A stretch of DNA of 64,000 nucleotides from Heteronotia binoei (GCF_032191835.1 NC_083224.1:183334001-183398000), one strand, 5' to 3'. Shown: positions 1-11,731, counted from the first letter of the stretch. Program-made: numbers and translations. Notes: a model not told the origin generated them from the letters alone.

Positions 1-99
1 AAACCATTAATATGGTCTGACTGAACAACATGGAAGAAAAATGTGATTAAAAATACACTAAATAAATGTAAATTGTCACTGGACGTGGAGGTTGGCAAC

Positions 100-611
100 C
101 AATGTTCTCTCTAAACCAGGGGTGGTCAAACTGTGGTTTGGGAGCCACATGAGGCTCTTTCACACACATTGTGAGGCTCTTGAAGCCCCCATTACCCTGT
201 CAGCTGGCTTGGGGAAGGCATTGATCTCTTTAAATAATTTCTCCAAGCCAAGCCAGCTGGTGGCTTATAGAATGCTTTCAAAGTTAAAGTTGCCTTCTTT
301 TCACCTCTCCCTCCTTCCCTCTCTTATATTAATTTCCTTCTCTCCTTCCTTCCTGTCTTTCAGCTCTCAAACATCTTTTGTTTATTCTGTGTGGCTCTTA
401 CATTAAGCAAGTTTGGCCACCCCTGCACTAAACTGTGGTGTCTTGTGAGCAAAAATTCTACTTCATGAGCTACTGGAGTTAAAAGTTGTGAGCTACTTTA
501 TTAATTAGCTTGCTCTAGGACCATTTCTCCTGAGCCGAGACAAAAATGTGTGAGCCGGAAGCTAAAAAATTGTGAGCTAGCTCACACTAACGAATCCTAG
601 AGGGAACACTC
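100..611 (+). mobile_element. hAT-type MITE (TIR CAGTGTTCCCTCT-like), interrupted by a second MITE
   Basis: Termini CAATGTTCTCTCTAA...TAGAGGGAACACTC; perfect 8-bp TSD TTGGCAAC at 92-99 and 612-619; related copies at ~15440-15516 and ~25870-26068. Confidence 0.8.
117..425 (+). mobile_element. hAT-Charlie-like MITE (TIR CAGGGGTGG) nested in the 100-611 element
   Basis: CAGGGGTGGTCAAAC...GTTTGGCCACCCCTG; TSD CTCTAAAC/CACTAAAC (7/8). Confidence 0.85.
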
Positions 612-739
612 TTGGCAACCCTATTTGAGTCCAGTAATCACACCTTTAAGATATGATGAAGTTTGCCTGCACACAAAACCTCATACCGTGAATAAACTTT
701 TGTTGATCTTTAAGGTGTCACTGGACTCCAAATTTGTGC

Positions 740-1157
<418 letters not shown>

Positions 1158-2019
1158 TAAGGGCCAGAGCTTTAAAACAGCGAAAGGAATGTCACCCCTT
1201 CCCTGAAAAAAGTGCATGAAGAGCAACGCAGAGATTTTAATCGTTGCATTTTATAATCCGGCCCTTTCTCCAGAGAGGGAAGAGGGTTAGGGGCGAGGTT
1301 GGGAACCAGAACTAAATCATCATCATCAGGGGTCGTTTTGTAGAAAAAAAGGTGCAGGAGCTCAGTAGCACATCTCATTTGCATATGCCCCAGGGTCTAT
1401 GTGCAGCAGGGAGAGAACTCCCCACTGCATGCAGACCCTGGCTGGAGGTTCAGGAACCGCGCTCCTGTGAGCTTCTGCTGAATTCATGCCTAACAACAAC
1501 AATAAATAGGTGCTTATATGGCTCGAATAAACCCCCTCCCCACCGCTCCACAAAAAGAAGTGATTGAGATAGCTGTGAAAGAATGCCAGAATTTCATACT
1601 TCATATTTGGTGTTCCTGTCTTTCACTGAGGTGGGGTGGGGGGAGGATATTTAAAATAATAATAAAGACAAGTTTATGTCTCAAAGCATCCCCATCCAAC
1701 AACAAAAAGGAAAAAAGGAAGATTGTTGGACAAGGTCTAAAACATTATGGGTTGCATGTTATGATCTTGCTTTTTTCTTAGCCGTGGGGCAAAGTTCATT
1801 GTTGGGAGAATATAATTACAGTAATTGCTAATAATGATGTATGCATTGCAAACACACACAGAATGTGTGAAAAATCCCAAGGTATTCCTGTACTCAGATG
1901 TCCAGGAGAGTCAAACATGTTTATTTGCCAGGAGTTGTCTGTACATTACAGATTTGCAGAAGGGTGGTATTTACTCAGAGTACACACAGTAATGCCAATC
2001 AGTATACTCACTCATTCTG

Positions 2020-2350
2020 GTCATCTTTGGAGGCACTGCTTCAGTTGCCCCCACTATCTGAAGCTAGATGGGTGGTGCCCTGAGAAAGGGCCTTCTTGGT
2101 TGTGGCACCGAAACTTTAGAAATCTGCCCTCAGGGAGATTCATCTGCCTCCCTCTATCATGGGCAGCAGGTGAAGGGTTTTTTGTTTTGATTGGCATAGG
2201 CCAATAACAGTTATTGGCCCTCTGCCTTGGTTCCAGTGTTTTTATGGGATTATATAATTATTTTAATTGTTTTTAATTGTTTTTATGTGCTCTGTTTTGG
2301 GGACCCTGATTAAGTGGAACAGCAGCATAAAATGATTAAATTAAATTAAA
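2020..2350 (+). mobile_element. L2 LINE 3' fragment
   Basis: AGGGCCTTCTTGGTTGTGGCACC (RAFxVVAP motif of the L2 RT C-terminus) followed by AT-rich 3'UTR and (ATTAA)n tail. Confidence 0.55.
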
Positions 2351-2412
2351 CTGCAGTGAATTCATTTGGTAAGATTTTCTTCCTCCCTTCCTCCTCCATG
2401 TTTTCTGTTCAG

Positions 2413-2540
2413 ATTTTTGACCTTCCTGATGATCTGGAGAGAAAAATCCATGAGTTGGCCAGCTTGATACAGAATTCTTCCTATGTGGTGTTTCACACGG
2501 GTGCTGGTATCAGTACAGCTTCAGGAATTCCAGACTTCAG
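2413..2540 (+). CDS. SIRT6: SIRT6 coding exon 2
   Basis: [43 protein letters not shown] (NAD-binding [14 protein letters not shown]); AG/GTAAG borders; 128 nt. Confidence 0.98.
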
Positions 2541-3699
2541 GTAAGCCAATGGAGGACAATATCCTTTTGGAGTAAAGACCTTGAAGGTTCATCACTCCCT
2601 TCCAGGCTGGATTTTTCACTGTCCCACTTTCTACCTGAAGAAAGTTCTGAGACCTCAGTTTACACCACTCCAGACAGTACGCTAGGCATTTTTGGGACAT
2701 TTCCATACAGTCCCTAGCATCCTTTGCTGGAGCTTTGTATCTCAGGTGGATTTCAGAGTCTGCAGATGGACAGAAAAAGAAAATCTGAAATCTGGGGTGG
2801 GGGGGTAAGGGCAATGCTGTTTCAAATGAAAAGGTTTGATGATCTTTTTGGACAGACAGCAATAACATAACTGAACAAGAGCAGAGCTGATTGCCAAGGA
2901 CTGTTGGGATGATGGAAAAGGCTATACTGGTTTGAAAGGGAAGCCATTTTGGAGTGCAAGCCTCTGTCTGGCTTTGTTCTACTTCTTGAGTAGATCCACC
3001 CAAGTTTCGATCTCGACTCCCCCTCCCCATTTGGCCAGAGAGGTCTGTTCATGACCCCTTCAGAGTCATTGCAGTTGATGCCCACAATCCTGTCCACGTG
3101 GCAAATGCAACCACAATAGAGAAGCCACATGCCAGGAGCCCTTCGATTATAAGATAGCAGCAGGGGGATAATATCGGCCTGCCTTTCAGGGACATCGTGA
3201 GAATCAAAGTGCTCATGAAATAGCATGAGTGTACTAAATGCATTTTACATGCTCAAAGTATTATGTGGCTTCTGTATAACACTGAGATCTGCCTAGAGCT
3301 GTCTGGAAATGCCCTTAGAAGATAGGTGGGAAGGCTGTGTCCTTTTATTGTGGAGACACCCCAACTGCAGAATAGTCTCTCTAGATTCATTTGCCAGGCA
3401 CCCATATTGAATTGAAATCCTTTGGTAAGTTTTCAGTGATTCTACCTATTAATTTTCTCATCTGTTGATTAATTTGCAATGCACTTCTGTCCAGTTTTCT
3501 TAAATCTTGCTCTGTTTATGTGTCTGTTTTTAGTGTTGGGTTGTCACCCCATTGATCGCCAGGGTTGATGCCTGATATTTGGGGGGGAGGGATTTATGTA
3601 TTTTTTGTGGGATGTCTGCACCTGGAAGTCATGATGCCTTCTACTGACTGACCCTTGCTGGGGGGTGGGAGGGTATTCAGAGAGGCAGCTGAATAAAGC

Positions 3700-3815
3700 C
3701 CGCCCAGACCTCCCGACTGCTGGTATTCCTTTGAAGGTCTTCCATCCAAGTATTTGCCAGACTCGACCTTGCTTAGCTGATAAGGTTGGGCTTGCCTGAG
3801 CTATCCAGGTCAGGG
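3700..3815 (-). mobile_element. 5S rRNA-derived SINE fragment (5S-Sauria-like)
   Basis: Reverse complement resembles the 5S internal promoter region (GCTAAGCAAGGTCGAGTCTGGCAAATACTTGGATGGAAGACC). Confidence 0.6.
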
Positions 3816-3867
3816 CCACCACAATGCCAAATTAACAGCTGGGTGTCTGTTCCCTGCCTCCCAACAG

Positions 3868-4050
3868 AGGCCCCAACGGCGTATGGACCATGGAGGAGAG
3901 AGGCTTGGCCCCCAAATTTGACACCACCTTTGAGAATGCGCGGCCTTCCAAGACCCACATGGCTCTCCTGGAGTTACAGAGGAAGGGAATTCTGCGATTC
4001 CTAGTCAGCCAAAATGTGGACGGCCTCCACGTTCGCTCCGGGTTCCCAAG
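3868..4050 (+). CDS. SIRT6: SIRT6 coding exon 3
   Basis: [60 protein letters not shown]; CAG/GTAATG borders; 183 nt. Confidence 0.98.
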
Positions 4051-4378
4051 GTAATGTGCTACTTCTCCTGGCTCCATATTTACATGAAAAGCAGTACTGT
4101 GAAAAGGCCTGTTCAGAAGCCACGCTTCTCATCCAGGATTTCCCAGCTTCCTAATAGCAGAGGTACACTTGATACAAGAAAATCAAAAAGCTACTTTTCA
4201 GGGACGTTGTGATAATAAAACAGGTGGAGGGAGGATTGTATGTTTGCCTGAACCTCCCTGCTTATTGGAGCAGACCGGTAGGTAGGATACAACATCCTGT
4301 GAATGGAAACATCCACTTCTTGGGCCTTAACCTGTCCAAGGTGTTTTTTCTAACAATTGCATTTCCTTTCCCTCCTAG

Positions 4379-4438
4379 GGACAAGCTGGCAGAGTTACAT
4401 GGGAACATGTTTGTGGAAGAATGTATGAAATGTGGCAA
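4379..4438 (+). CDS. SIRT6: SIRT6 coding exon 4
   Basis: DKLAELHGNMFVEECMKCG (catalytic His, first Zn-binding CxxC); TAG/GTATG borders; 60 nt. Confidence 0.98.
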
Positions 4439-4460
4439 GTATGTACCCCTTTGCCAGTTC

Positions 4461-4738
4461 GGAGAGCCAGTTTGGTGTAGTGGTTAAGTGTGCGGACTCT
4501 TATCTGGGAGAACCGGGTTTGATTCCCCACTCCTCCGCTTGCACCTGCTAGCATGGCCTTGGGTCAGCTATAGCTCTGGCAGAGGTTGTCCTTGAAAGGG
4601 CAGCTGCTGTGAGAGCCCTCTCCAGCCCCACCCACCTCACAGGGTGTCTGTTGTGGGGGAGGAAGGTAAAGGAGATTGTGAGCCGCTCTGAGACTCTTCG
4701 GAGTGGAGGGCGGGATATAAATTCAATATCTTCTTCTT
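4461..4738 (+). mobile_element. tRNA-derived SINE (Squam3/MIR-like), full length
   Basis: A box TGGTGTAGTGG, B box GGTTTGATTCC, core, tail GGGCGGGATATAAATTCAATATCTTCTTCTT; starts 22 nt after the exon 4 donor. Confidence 0.85.
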
Positions 4739-4804
4739 TGCTGCTGTTCTAGAATGGGGACCCTGTAGAAGCAGAGCAAGAGAAACTTTTGCATGCATGG
4801 GTTA

Positions 4805-5041
4805 TAGGGTTGCCAACTCCCAGGCCCCAGCGAGGGGGTCCCCCATTCTGGGGGCCTTTTCCCCACTGTGGACCTGCTGGCTGGCAGGGGGAACCCCGCG
4901 TTGCTGTGTGGTGTCCCCAATGTGATGACATCACCTGGAAGTGACACCATCATGTTGGTGATATCATATGATGTGTCTGCCCACTTCCAGAAAACCCCTC
5001 AAATCCCCCCGCCAGAGCAATGAGACAGCCCAGCAACCCTA
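4805..5041 (+). mobile_element. hAT-type MITE (TIR TAGGGTTGCCA)
   Basis: TAGGGTTGCCA...CAGCAACCCTA; decayed TSD ATGGGTTA/GTGGGGTA. Confidence 0.75.
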
Positions 5042-5946
5042 GTGGGGTAACTAATGTTCATGGCCCCTCCCATCCTCTTACCACCAGTTGCTGCCCTTTT
5101 GGTTCCTCTGCTTCTTACAGTGCCATGTGGGAGAGGCTGTGGTCTTGCGCTTTGCACTTTGAAAGTCCTGAGGCCCCTCCACCTTCAGACAAATACAGAA
5201 GGGATGCTGCCCCAGGGTTGCTTTTCATGAATTAGGCCATGTTAACAAGGGCAGTTCAAATCCCCAGTGAGCTACAGTCCTCCTTAGGCCACTTGTTCTA
5301 GCCCATCACATAAGAATTGTCATCATGAGGATATAATGGAAGAAGGAAGAACTGCCTCCTCTCCCCCCCCCACCCGAGTTCCTTGAAGAAAAGGGTGGGA
5401 TAAAACTGTAACTGATAGATGTTATTGTTTCCCTATATGTATGCATAAATCATTTGAACACACAGACGTGCATAATACAGAGCTACACTGTCGGTCCCTT
5501 TAGTTTAGTATTGTGTGCCCCGACTGGTCTAGATCTGGGGTCTCCAACAGAGAACGTTCTTTCCCCAAGTCCTGTTTGTTGACGCCCCTTAACTAGGTAA
5601 GATGGAAACTGAGCTTGGGCAGGATCTTTACCTTTGATCTAAAGGCTCACCATGTTGGTGGGTAGTTTCCTATAGAGAGGCTCCATACCCACATAGCATT
5701 TACCCCCAAGAATTAAAATACTATTAAAGAGTCATTAAGCTGAAGAAGTGTTTACACAGCTAAGGACCAAGCAAATCCAAGCAGCAGAAGAAAAAGAGCT
5801 AAGCAGCATCGGGGTGGGGGGGGGGGGAGGGATTTACAGTGTGAATTGTGCAAAGCAAAACAGGTGGAAAGGAAGCTGGAGTGTTTTTTATTGGCTCCTA
5901 GAAGTTTTCACCTTCTTAATCGGTGTTCCTTTCATATGTTTTGAAG

Positions 5947-6042
5947 GCAGTACGTACGAGACACCGTGGTAGAGACTATGGGTCTCAAGCCGACGGGTCG
6001 GCTATGTGACGTTTCCAAATGCAGAGGGCTTCGGTCCTGCAG
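5947..6042 (+). CDS. SIRT6: SIRT6 coding exon 5
   Basis: [31 protein letters not shown]; AAG/GTATG borders; 96 nt. Confidence 0.97.
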
Positions 6043-6192
6043 GTATGTCTCTTAGTGGAGGGCTACTTGGGGTTTTTTGTGAGCATCCCTAGCATTGTAG
6101 AGGGCCCAGTTCAGCTGTCTGTCAAAGATCCTTAGTTCCCATGGTTCCTAGGGTCTTCTGGAATGATTGTGTGACTTGGATGGAGTCTAGAT

Positions 6193-6476
6193 CAGGGGTG
6201 GCCAAACTGTGGCTCAGGAACCACATGCGTGTGGATCTTGAAGCCCCCACTGCCCTGGTGGCTGGCTTGGAGAAGGCATTTCTCTCTTTAAATCACTTCT
6301 CCAAACCAACTGGTAGCTTGGAGAATGCATTTAAAGTTGCTTTCTTTCCACCTCTCTCTCCCCCATCTATTTTCCTCCCTCCCTCCCTCCCAACATCTAA
6401 AGTTCATATCTTGCAGTTCTCAATACATCTGACGTTTATTCTGTGTGGCTCTTATGTTAAGCACGTATGGCCCCTG
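6193..6476 (+). mobile_element. hAT-Charlie-like MITE (TIR CAGGGGTGG)
   Basis: Same family as 117-425; TSD GTCTAGAT/CTCTAGAT matches the NTCTAGAN Charlie target. Confidence 0.85.
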
Positions 6477-6615
6477 CTCTAGATAGCTTTGGGTTCCTCC
6501 ACTGACAAAAAGAGGGAACATTCAACAGAGAATAATGACTTACTTCAGTTGGAAACTACAGCACTGTAAATCTTTTTTTTAATTATTATTTTATTGGTTG
6601 GTTGGTGGTTTAAAG

Positions 6616-6696
6616 AGGAAAACTAATGGACACCATTTTGGACTGGGAGGATTCCCTACCTGATCGGGATCTCAATCTGGCCAGCGAGGCTTGCAG
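6616..6696 (+). CDS. SIRT6: SIRT6 coding exon 6
   Basis: GKLMDTILDWEDSLPDRDLNLASEAC; AAG/GTAAG borders; 81 nt. Confidence 0.96.
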
Positions 6697-7121
6697 GTAA
6701 GATCTTCCATAGCTTCAGTTCCCAGGGGGGCAAGGCAGAATCATGGTCTATCCATTGCTGTTAGTCATCAAGGCTCAGTGGATCCTCCATGCTCAGGTGC
6801 AACATGCCTTTGAGGACACGGGCCAACAATAGAGGGGAGAGAGAGGCTTCGCCCTTCATGCCCTGTTTGGAGGTCATAGGATCCTGAGGTCAATGGACCT
6901 TCTTCAGTCTGATTCAGTTCTTTTGTCATTTTCTTGTTCTGCTGTGTTCCCAGCAGGGAAATGGGGGTAATTCTCCTTACTGCGGGGCATGATGCAACAA
7001 GTACCAGGTGTACCAAATCAGTTGGATGCATTCAGGAAAGGGTTCTTGCAAAATGCTTCCTGCTCCCATCCTAACCCTTTGAAACCTGCTTCACTTTCTC
7101 TCCCCTCCCTCCCTGCTCCAG

Positions 7122-7245
7122 GAAAGCTGACTTGTCAGTCACATTGGGGACATCCCTGCAGATCAAACCCAGCGGCGACCTCCCTCTGCTGACAAAGAAG
7201 AAAGGGGGCAAGCTGGTGATTGTCAACCTGCAGCCAACCAAGCAT
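7122..7245 (+). CDS. SIRT6: SIRT6 coding exon 7
   Basis: [41 protein letters not shown]; CAG/GTGAG borders; 124 nt. Confidence 0.98.
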
Positions 7246-7256
7246 GTGAGTTTGGG

Positions 7257-7595
7257 GAGGGGCTGTGGCTCAGTGGAGAGCATCTTTTTTGGCATGTAGG
7301 AGGTCCCAGGCTCAGTCTCCAGCATCTCCAGTTTGGCGGGGCGGGGGGGGGGGGAAATCAAGTAGTAGGTGATGTTTCTGTCCTTCTCACTTGCCTTGAA
7401 AGCCCCCTGCTGGGGTCAGCATACATGAGCTGTGATTTGACAGTGCTTTACACACACACACACACACACACAGAGTAGGTAATGTGAAAGATCTTGACCT
7501 TTGACTCTGGAGAGCCACCATCAGTCTGAAGAGACAATACCAGTCTTGATGAACCAGTGGTTTGATTCAGTATAAGGCAGCTTCATCTGTTAGTT
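7257..7595 (+). mobile_element. tRNA-Ala-derived SINE split by a 5'-truncated 5S-Sauria-like SINE (7376-7473, (CA)11 tail)
   Basis: Head GGGGCTGTGGCTCAGTGGAGAGC, tail ...TATAAGGCAGCTTCAT; insert flanked by AGTAGGTGATGT/AGTAGGTAATGT (11/12). Confidence 0.75.
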
Positions 7596-8023
7596 CCCTA
7601 GACCCATAGGCAGAAATTTTGTGACTGGCACTCACCAATAGCAAAAAGTAATTTCATTCATCAGTTCAGTGAGGTTTTTTCATGTATGTTTGTGTATGTG
7701 TGTTAGTGCTTTTGTATTTATGGTATACAATTGGCAGCTGTGGCTTTTACATTTAATATAGTTACTGTTAGCGTCTTTCAGAACACAGTATTTTCTTGTC
7801 TCTTCCACTCCGTTCTGAGTTTTCCTTCCCGTTTTACTCAACTAACTGCAGATGGAGGCCAGACATCACTATTAAATATGTAGTTATTTGTTTTCCTGCC
7901 TTTCAGTGCATGTCTCCAGTACAGTTCACATGCATCAGTTAGAAGCCAGTAATTCAGTAATAAAAAGCAGCAGCCGCCAACCCAAAGTTATGTTTGTGTC
8001 TAATTCCCATCTGTTGATCTCAG

Positions 8024-8353
8024 GACAAGCAAGCGGACCTACGGATTCATGGTTATGTGGACGAGGTCATGACAAAGCTGATGAAGGACCTGGGACTGGA
8101 AATCCCGGAGTGGACAGGGCCACACGTGGTGGAGGAGAGCACTGAGATCCTGGAGTCCAAACCGCTGGCAAAACCGAGCACAGACTTTAAGTTCCTGAGT
8201 AAAGAGGAACCCCTTTCATATTGTAATGGCACAGAGGAGGGCTCCGAGCCTACGCAACAGGAACATGGCACTTCTCTGAAGCATGAATCCTGCCCACTGG
8301 ACAGCAATCCTCTTGCAGCCAAACGCACAAAAATGGAACCACTGCCCACTTGA
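8024..8353 (+). CDS. SIRT6: SIRT6 coding exon 8 (to stop)
   Basis: [33 protein letters not shown]...[11 protein letters not shown]; spliced CDS 1068 nt = 355 aa. Confidence 0.97.
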   Translation, partial: DKQADLRIHGYVDEVMTKLMKDLGLEIPEWTGPHVVEESTEILESKPLAKPSTDFKFLSKEEPLSYCNGTEEGSEPTQQEHGTSLKHESCPLDSNPLAAKRTKMEPLPT

Positions 8354-8663
8354 TCAAGTGTTTGTGTGTTTTTGGTATTGTCTGTATATGTCTTAGAAGC
8401 TTTTTGGCATTCAACTTGTTTTTTAAAAAATATTTTCCTTTCCCATCTCTTTTTTTTTTCGTTTGGAAGTTTCCATTCCTTAAATTTTGCATTGTGCCCC
8501 TCTCTGAAGGGCAGAGAAATCCTGGCTCAGCCAAGCGACACTTAACTCGTAATTATCTTTGCAGAGTGAATGTCAAAGATAACCATAAGGGTTCATTCAG
8601 CAGTGACTGCTCAGCCATTTCCCTGTTCTGTTGTTTTTTTAAACAAGACATATAAACTTCCAA

Positions 8664-9314
8664 ATTAAAGCCTGGAGATCTTAAATCTGAGTTCATCTGA
8701 TTTTAAATGGGCATGTACTTTTCCTGACTCTAGGGAACCCACCAGCTGGACCTTTTGTCCTAAAATAATATTAAAAGTTGGCATTAACTAGAATGGCCTG
8801 TAAAGTAGCTTAAGTCAAGTTAGACAGTTGACAGACTTCTTGGTTTCGCTTTCACCTCAGTCATCAAAGTCACCCTGAAAGTCCTAGAGAGTTTGACCTT
8901 CAGGATCACTAAACCAAGTTTATTCTTTTTGTTCCAGTGAACAGGCCTTAACGTGCAATTCCTGTCTTTGGATTGAGTGGCGAGCCTAGTCTTAAAGGAG
9001 AACCAGGGTGGTGTAGCGATTAAGAGCAGCAGCCTCTAATCTGGAGAACCAGGTTTGATTCCCCACTCCTCCTTCACGTGCAGTGAACTGGGTGACCTTG
9101 GGCCAGTTACAGTTCTCTCAGAGCTCTCTCAGCCCCACCTACCTAATAGGCTGTCTGTTGTGGGGAGAGGAAGGGAAGGCGATTGTAAGCTGCTCCCAGA
9201 CTCCTTCAAATAATAGCAGAGTATAAAACCAGCTTTTCTTTTTGAAGAATTTGGGTTTTAAAAAAATATATTCTCAGCTGGATTTCGTAGATAGTAACAG
9301 CTCACCACAATAAA
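8664..9314 (+). terminator. SIRT6: Candidate SIRT6 polyadenylation signals
   Basis: ATTAAA at 8664 and 8770, AATAAA at 9309; the site actually used cannot be determined from sequence. Confidence 0.35.
8997..9240 (+). mobile_element. Squam3/MIR-like tRNA SINE
   Basis: GGTGTAGCGATTAAGAGC...GGTTTGATTCCCCACTCC...; same family as 4461. Confidence 0.8.
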
Positions 9315-9316
9315 GG

Positions 9317-9552
9317 GTAGCTGTAGCGTAATGATTAGATTGTCAGACTAAGACCTGGGAGGATTAGGTTTGAATCCCCTACTCAGCCACAAAAGCCTGC
9401 TAGGTAACCTTGGCCCAATCACAATTTGTCAGCCTAATCTAGTTTTGCAAGGCGGCTGTTATAACGATTGGGTGGAGGGTGGGGGGGGGGAACAATGTGA
9501 AAAGCTGCTTTTGGGTCCCTGATCAAGGAGAAAAGCGGGATACAAATAAAGA
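9317..9552 (+). mobile_element. Older MIR-like SINE
   Basis: tRNA-like head, GGTTTGAATCCC B box, ACCTTGG core, tail GCGGGATACAAATAAA. Confidence 0.6.
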
Positions 9553-10055
9553 GGGGAAATTAAGAAATGCTGCTGCATTTCTAGCCATGCAGAAATGGGC
9601 CTGCATGGCTAGCACTAACTAAAAACTTCGGCAAAAACATTTCTCTCAAAGGAATAATTCAGATACGATAGTTTTCCCATTTTTAATTGTGCAAAAGTAT
9701 CCTATCCAGTGGAATGGACTTTTCCCTTCATGTTCCATGGATGCTGCTCAGAAAGAGAAGTAGCAATAGAAGGACAGGTAGCTTTGCAAGTTGGTTGTTA
9801 TAAGGATTGGGTATACAAATCTACCTATAAAGACAGGTAGATCTCTGTGCAATAGGGAGATAGTTAGATCTGCCTTCTCTGATGTAAAGAAAGAAGCAGT
9901 CGATCAGGTTCAGTACAAGCGAGGGGGAAATAATTGAGGGCTGCGTTACATTTTACATGAGTTCACCATGCATGTGAGAGCTGATTAAAAACAGGACTTC
10001 AGCATTTGCCATAATATAGTTTAACTGGAGAAGTGCTAATTTAGTTGATGCTGGC

Positions 10056-10162
10056 CAGGGCTTTTCCCGAGTAGGAATGATGTTTGGCTGTCTTGGCATC
10101 AGAGGGCATAGCCTAATTTGCAAATTATTTCCTGATGGGCTTTTTCAACAAAAAAAGCCCTG
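10056..10162. mobile_element. hAT-type MITE (TIR CAGGGCTTTT)
   Basis: CAGGGCTTTT...AAAAAAGCCCTG; TSD ATGCTGGC/ATGCTGGT. Confidence 0.75.
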
Positions 10163-11121
10163 ATGCTGGTTCTCCCTCATTTTTATGAGCTTCTGGAATC
10201 ACAATTTGCAAGGAGCGCAATCAGGTGCTCAACAAATGGTTTGCAGTTGATCAAGCATTCGAAAGAAAGCTGGGAGAGAAAAAAGATGCCTACAGAAGCA
10301 GAAGTATAAATTAAAAGCCTGTAAGACACTGAATTAAATATACCTCTTTTGTTACTACACTTCTGGTCTTTTATTGTCACAATGTGGACAAATAGGGGCA
10401 CTATGGGTATCACCTGATTGTGCCCCAAAATGACCACCGCCCCCTTCTGATTTTTTGGCTTGGTGCTCATAAATCCCCATTGCCTGTGACAGGTCACTGC
10501 ATGCATCTTCTGTGTCAGCTACTGAAGGTGAGGTGGGGGAGGCAAAGAAAGGGTGAAAAACAGGGCAGGTGTCCTGGGATAAAATGCATGTTCCCTAGAT
10601 TTTCCAGTCATCTATGTAGCAGCAAACAGGAGAGAGACTTGGGATACTTCCCATCCTGAAATTTGACCATAAGGACTGCCTCAGACCAGCACACCGCAGC
10701 AGCAGCTCTTGAGCTCCCAGAATACCATCTGGGGTTTCACTGGATGACCTTTGGTATGCAGAGTGGCTCATTCTGTTTCCAAAGACCTGACTTTGCCCTC
10801 CACCTCTCCTTGAAAATGGATGGTATCAGTGCTTGAAAGCATCATATTAGCAAGAGGCCACACTCTGCCTAAGGACAACTTCAAAGTTCTTAATCTTTGG
10901 TGAGGATATTGAAAACAGTGCCTGCCACCACCATCCCAGCAAGCTTGACCAGATGCTCAGTATCTCCAGTAATTCCTTATGTCTTTGCCAGACAGCAATA
11001 AGCAAGCATGATTGCAGCTTCATGGATCTCTTGATTGCTGGGAGGATGAATGGCCCACCAAATAACTCCAGCTAATCATTTCCTCTGGATGCTTTTAAAA
11101 ATGCAATCCATGTTCACAACG

Positions 11122-11326
11122 TGCCAGTGTGCTGTAGTGGTTAAGAGTTGCAGACTCTAATCTGATTCCTTACTTGTCCGTGTGCAGCCACTTGGGTGAC
11201 CTTGGGTCAGTCACAGTTCTCTCAGCCCCACAGGGTGCCTGTTGTGGGAAAAGAAAGGGAAGGTGATGGTAAGCAGCCCCGAGACTCCTGGTAGTGATGG
11301 GTGGGGTATAAAGCAAACATCTTCTT
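11122..11326 (+). mobile_element. Squam3/MIR-like tRNA SINE (internally deleted)
   Basis: TGCTGTAGTGGTTAAGAG head, GGGTGACCTTGGGTCAGTCAC core. Confidence 0.75.
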
Positions 11327-11462
11327 ATATATAGTAGTGCTCTAAGGAAAGGAGACTGAGGGTGGGGCTCCATGGATCAGGTGGAGCTTGGTTAGATAAG
11401 GAGGGAACCCACCGGCATCTGGCCAATCAACAACTAAGTATAGGATTTTGGCTAATATAATC

Positions 11463-11731
11463 AGAAAAAAGACGACATTGGATTTATATCCCACTCTCCA
11501 CCCTGAATCTCAGAGCGGCTCACAATCTCCTTTATCTTCCTCCCCCACAACAGACACCGTGTGAGGTGGGTGGGGCTGGAGAGGGCTCTCACAGCAGCTG
11601 CCCTTTCAAGGACAACCTCTGCCAGAGCTATGGCTGACCCAAGGCCATTCCAGCAGCTGCAAGTGGAGAAGTGGGGAATCAAACCCGGTTCTTCTAGATA
11701 AGAGTCCGCGCACTTAACCACTACACCAAAC
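11463..11731 (-). mobile_element. Squam3/MIR-like tRNA SINE, full length
   Basis: Reverse complement closely matches the 4461 copy. Confidence 0.85.

Noticed and set aside
2822-3226. 134-aa minus-strand ORF in SIRT6 intron 2
   Set aside because: No domain recognised; probably a decayed repeat or chance ORF
6616-7200. SIRT6 substitutions GKLMDT and PSGDLP as functional novelties
   Set aside because: As I recall these positions vary among non-mammalian vertebrates; catalytic and Zn-binding residues are intact
10183-10506. 107-aa minus-strand ORF as a viral or novel gene
   Set aside because: No recognisable motif or convincing splice context; an ORF of this length is expected by chance in 64 kb
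10590-10620. YIDD (RT-like) motif in a minus-strand frame
   Set aside because: Upstream RT motifs are absent and the frame is closed by stops; likely chance
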